Origin: Cetorhinus maximus
Taxonomy: Eukaryota
DNA length: 64,000 nucleotides
Direction of reading: 5' to 3'
Assembly (NCBI RefSeq): GCF_964194155.1
Contig: NC_135901.1
Coordinates: 21,142,001-21,206,000, forward strand
The notes beneath the pieces were generated by a model that saw nothing but the letters and a program-made list of their open reading frames with translations, did no database searches and had not been told where the DNA came from. Below, piece after piece: positions 62,750-64,000 of this stretch. How positions within the stretch are numbered: the stretch's first letter is position 1; every line of letters starts with the position of its first letter. Position numbers and translations under genes: made by a program.

Positions 62750-63137
62750 TTCAATGGCTCCGCCGATACCCACAATCTCCTGCGTGTGTGACAGTTCCCT
62801 ATCCACTGTACAGGAACCCAACGCGCAGGCGTAATGCTGACAGTACCTGGAGCATGCGCAGTGTCAGTTCGCTCAGAGCCCTGGGCGTGCGGGAGACGCG
62901 AGTGAGAGTCGCTGAGGCGGAGGCGGGAGCCGGGGTGGGGAGGATCCAGAAACACCTGGTGTAGGCCGCAATCCCGGATCACAGCCTCCATGACCCGTGT
63001 TTGCAGCTCCGGGGCTTCTTCCCGGTGACAGAGCCGGGTTCAGGGGAAGTGGCTCCGGGGCGGGAGATTCAGAAACTGCGGGGAGACCGCGGGCCGCCCG
63101 GGGGCTCAGAAACTGGGGGGACGGACTCAGGGTCCGG
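62750..63137 (+). promoter_or_regulatory. CpG promoter and non-coding first exon of ZNF gene I
   Basis: NRF1-like GCATGCGCA (~62852), donor GG|GTAAGA at 63138 and acceptor tttacag|g at 63447/63448. Confidence 0.7.
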
Positions 63138-63829
63138 GTAAGACCCACCCGGGAGGGTCCCCCCTCCTGTGTCCCGCCCGACGGCTGCTGAATCAGAGAC
63201 ACAGGAGCTGGAGAACTGAACCCAGGCAGAGGAGAGGGAGGGAGAAAACTGGGAGTGGAGGAAAGGAATGTTGGAGATGGTGAGATGGGTTTGGATTTCA
63301 GCCCAGGGAGGAGGGAGAGTGTGTGGGACGGGGATTTACAGCTTTGGGGGAACAAGAGAAAAAAAATGTTCCATAGAAACTAGAATTGTCTGTTCTGAAT
63401 TTCAGTCCTGGATTTAAAGTGATGACTTTTGTAAACTCGTTTTACAGGGTATTAAACTGGGATGACTGACAGACAGAAAACACAAAGCAAACATCACATC
63501 AAGATCTGTCAGAGGCACTGAATTCATCAGGACCTGAATATCATCAGCTTTTGAATGTGGAAGGAAAAATGTTTGTCTATTCTGTCTTTGGGAAAGGACT
63601 CCAAACATCGGTGTGACTGGAAAAGCCTCAACACACACACATCCGAGTGAGAGTGTTCCAGTGAACTGACTTTGGAAAAAATTTTAAGCAGTTACACAGT
63701 CTGCAAAAATATCGCACCATTCACAGTGGGGAGAAACTGTACATGTGTTGTGTGTGGACAAGGCTTCAACTAATCGTCCAACGTGGAGAGAGTCAAGGAC
63801 CCCCACACCATGGAGAAACATGGAAAAGT

Positions 63830-64000
63830 ATGGACTGTGGGAAGGGATTCAATTTCCCATCCCAACTGGAAGTTCATCGGTGCAGTCATACTGGGGAGAG
63901 ACCGTTCACTTGCTCCATCTGTGGGAAGGGATTCACCCATTTGTACAGCCTTCGGACACACCAGCGAGTTCACACTGAGGAGAGGCCATTCACCTGCCCT
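63830..64000 (+). CDS. Tandem C2H2 ZNF gene I, 5' part (runs off the window; status uncertain)
   Basis: The family ATG at 63810 is out of frame after a 1-nt deletion. ATG 63830 opens [57 protein letters not shown]. Confidence 0.6.
   Translation, partial: MDCGKGFNFPSQLEVHRCSHTGERPFTCSICGKGFTHLYSLRTHQRVHTEERPFTCP

Noticed and set aside
62668-63355. GC-rich ORFs in promoter modules as a hidden N-terminal effector exon
   Set aside because: Not conserved in frame among paralogs, no recognisable domain, and separated from the fingers by stops.

Overview
Vertebrate nuclear DNA, most likely from a cartilaginous fish (inferred from its CR1, L2, RTE, Penelope-tail and Deu-SINE repeat content). The window is a birth-and-death cluster of tandem C2H2 zinc-finger (ZNF) genes. 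There are eight major arrays, labelled A-E and G-I: C (7 fingers), D (14) and H (15) are intact; A, B, E and G are frameshifted or lack a start; I runs off the window. Smaller remnants (including fragment F) and orphan promoter stubs are also present. Each gene is built from shared modules: a CpG promoter with YY1-, NRF1-, CCAAT- and GC-box-like motifs, a short intron, one large ZNF exon and a conserved 3' motif. No KRAB, SCAN or BTB exon is visible. In five genes the leader is a dead zinc-finger stretch with stops at homologous codons, and the start position falls inside a finger linker (TGEKP to TMEKP; mutated to AGG in G). Between the genes lie a young EIF1AX processed pseudogene, degenerate tRNA-Ser/Glu/Pro copies, two minisatellites, nested LINEs/SINEs and a Copia-like LTR fragment. 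The most notable items are a perfect 64-bp-arm palindrome in a ZNF promoter, short TSD-flanked Penelope-tail elements with minimal hammerhead-like cores, an RTE with twin-priming-type inversion geometry, and a CpG-rich 29-bp minisatellite replacing the 5' end of gene E. Everything was read by eye, no database searches were run, and repeat boundaries are approximate.
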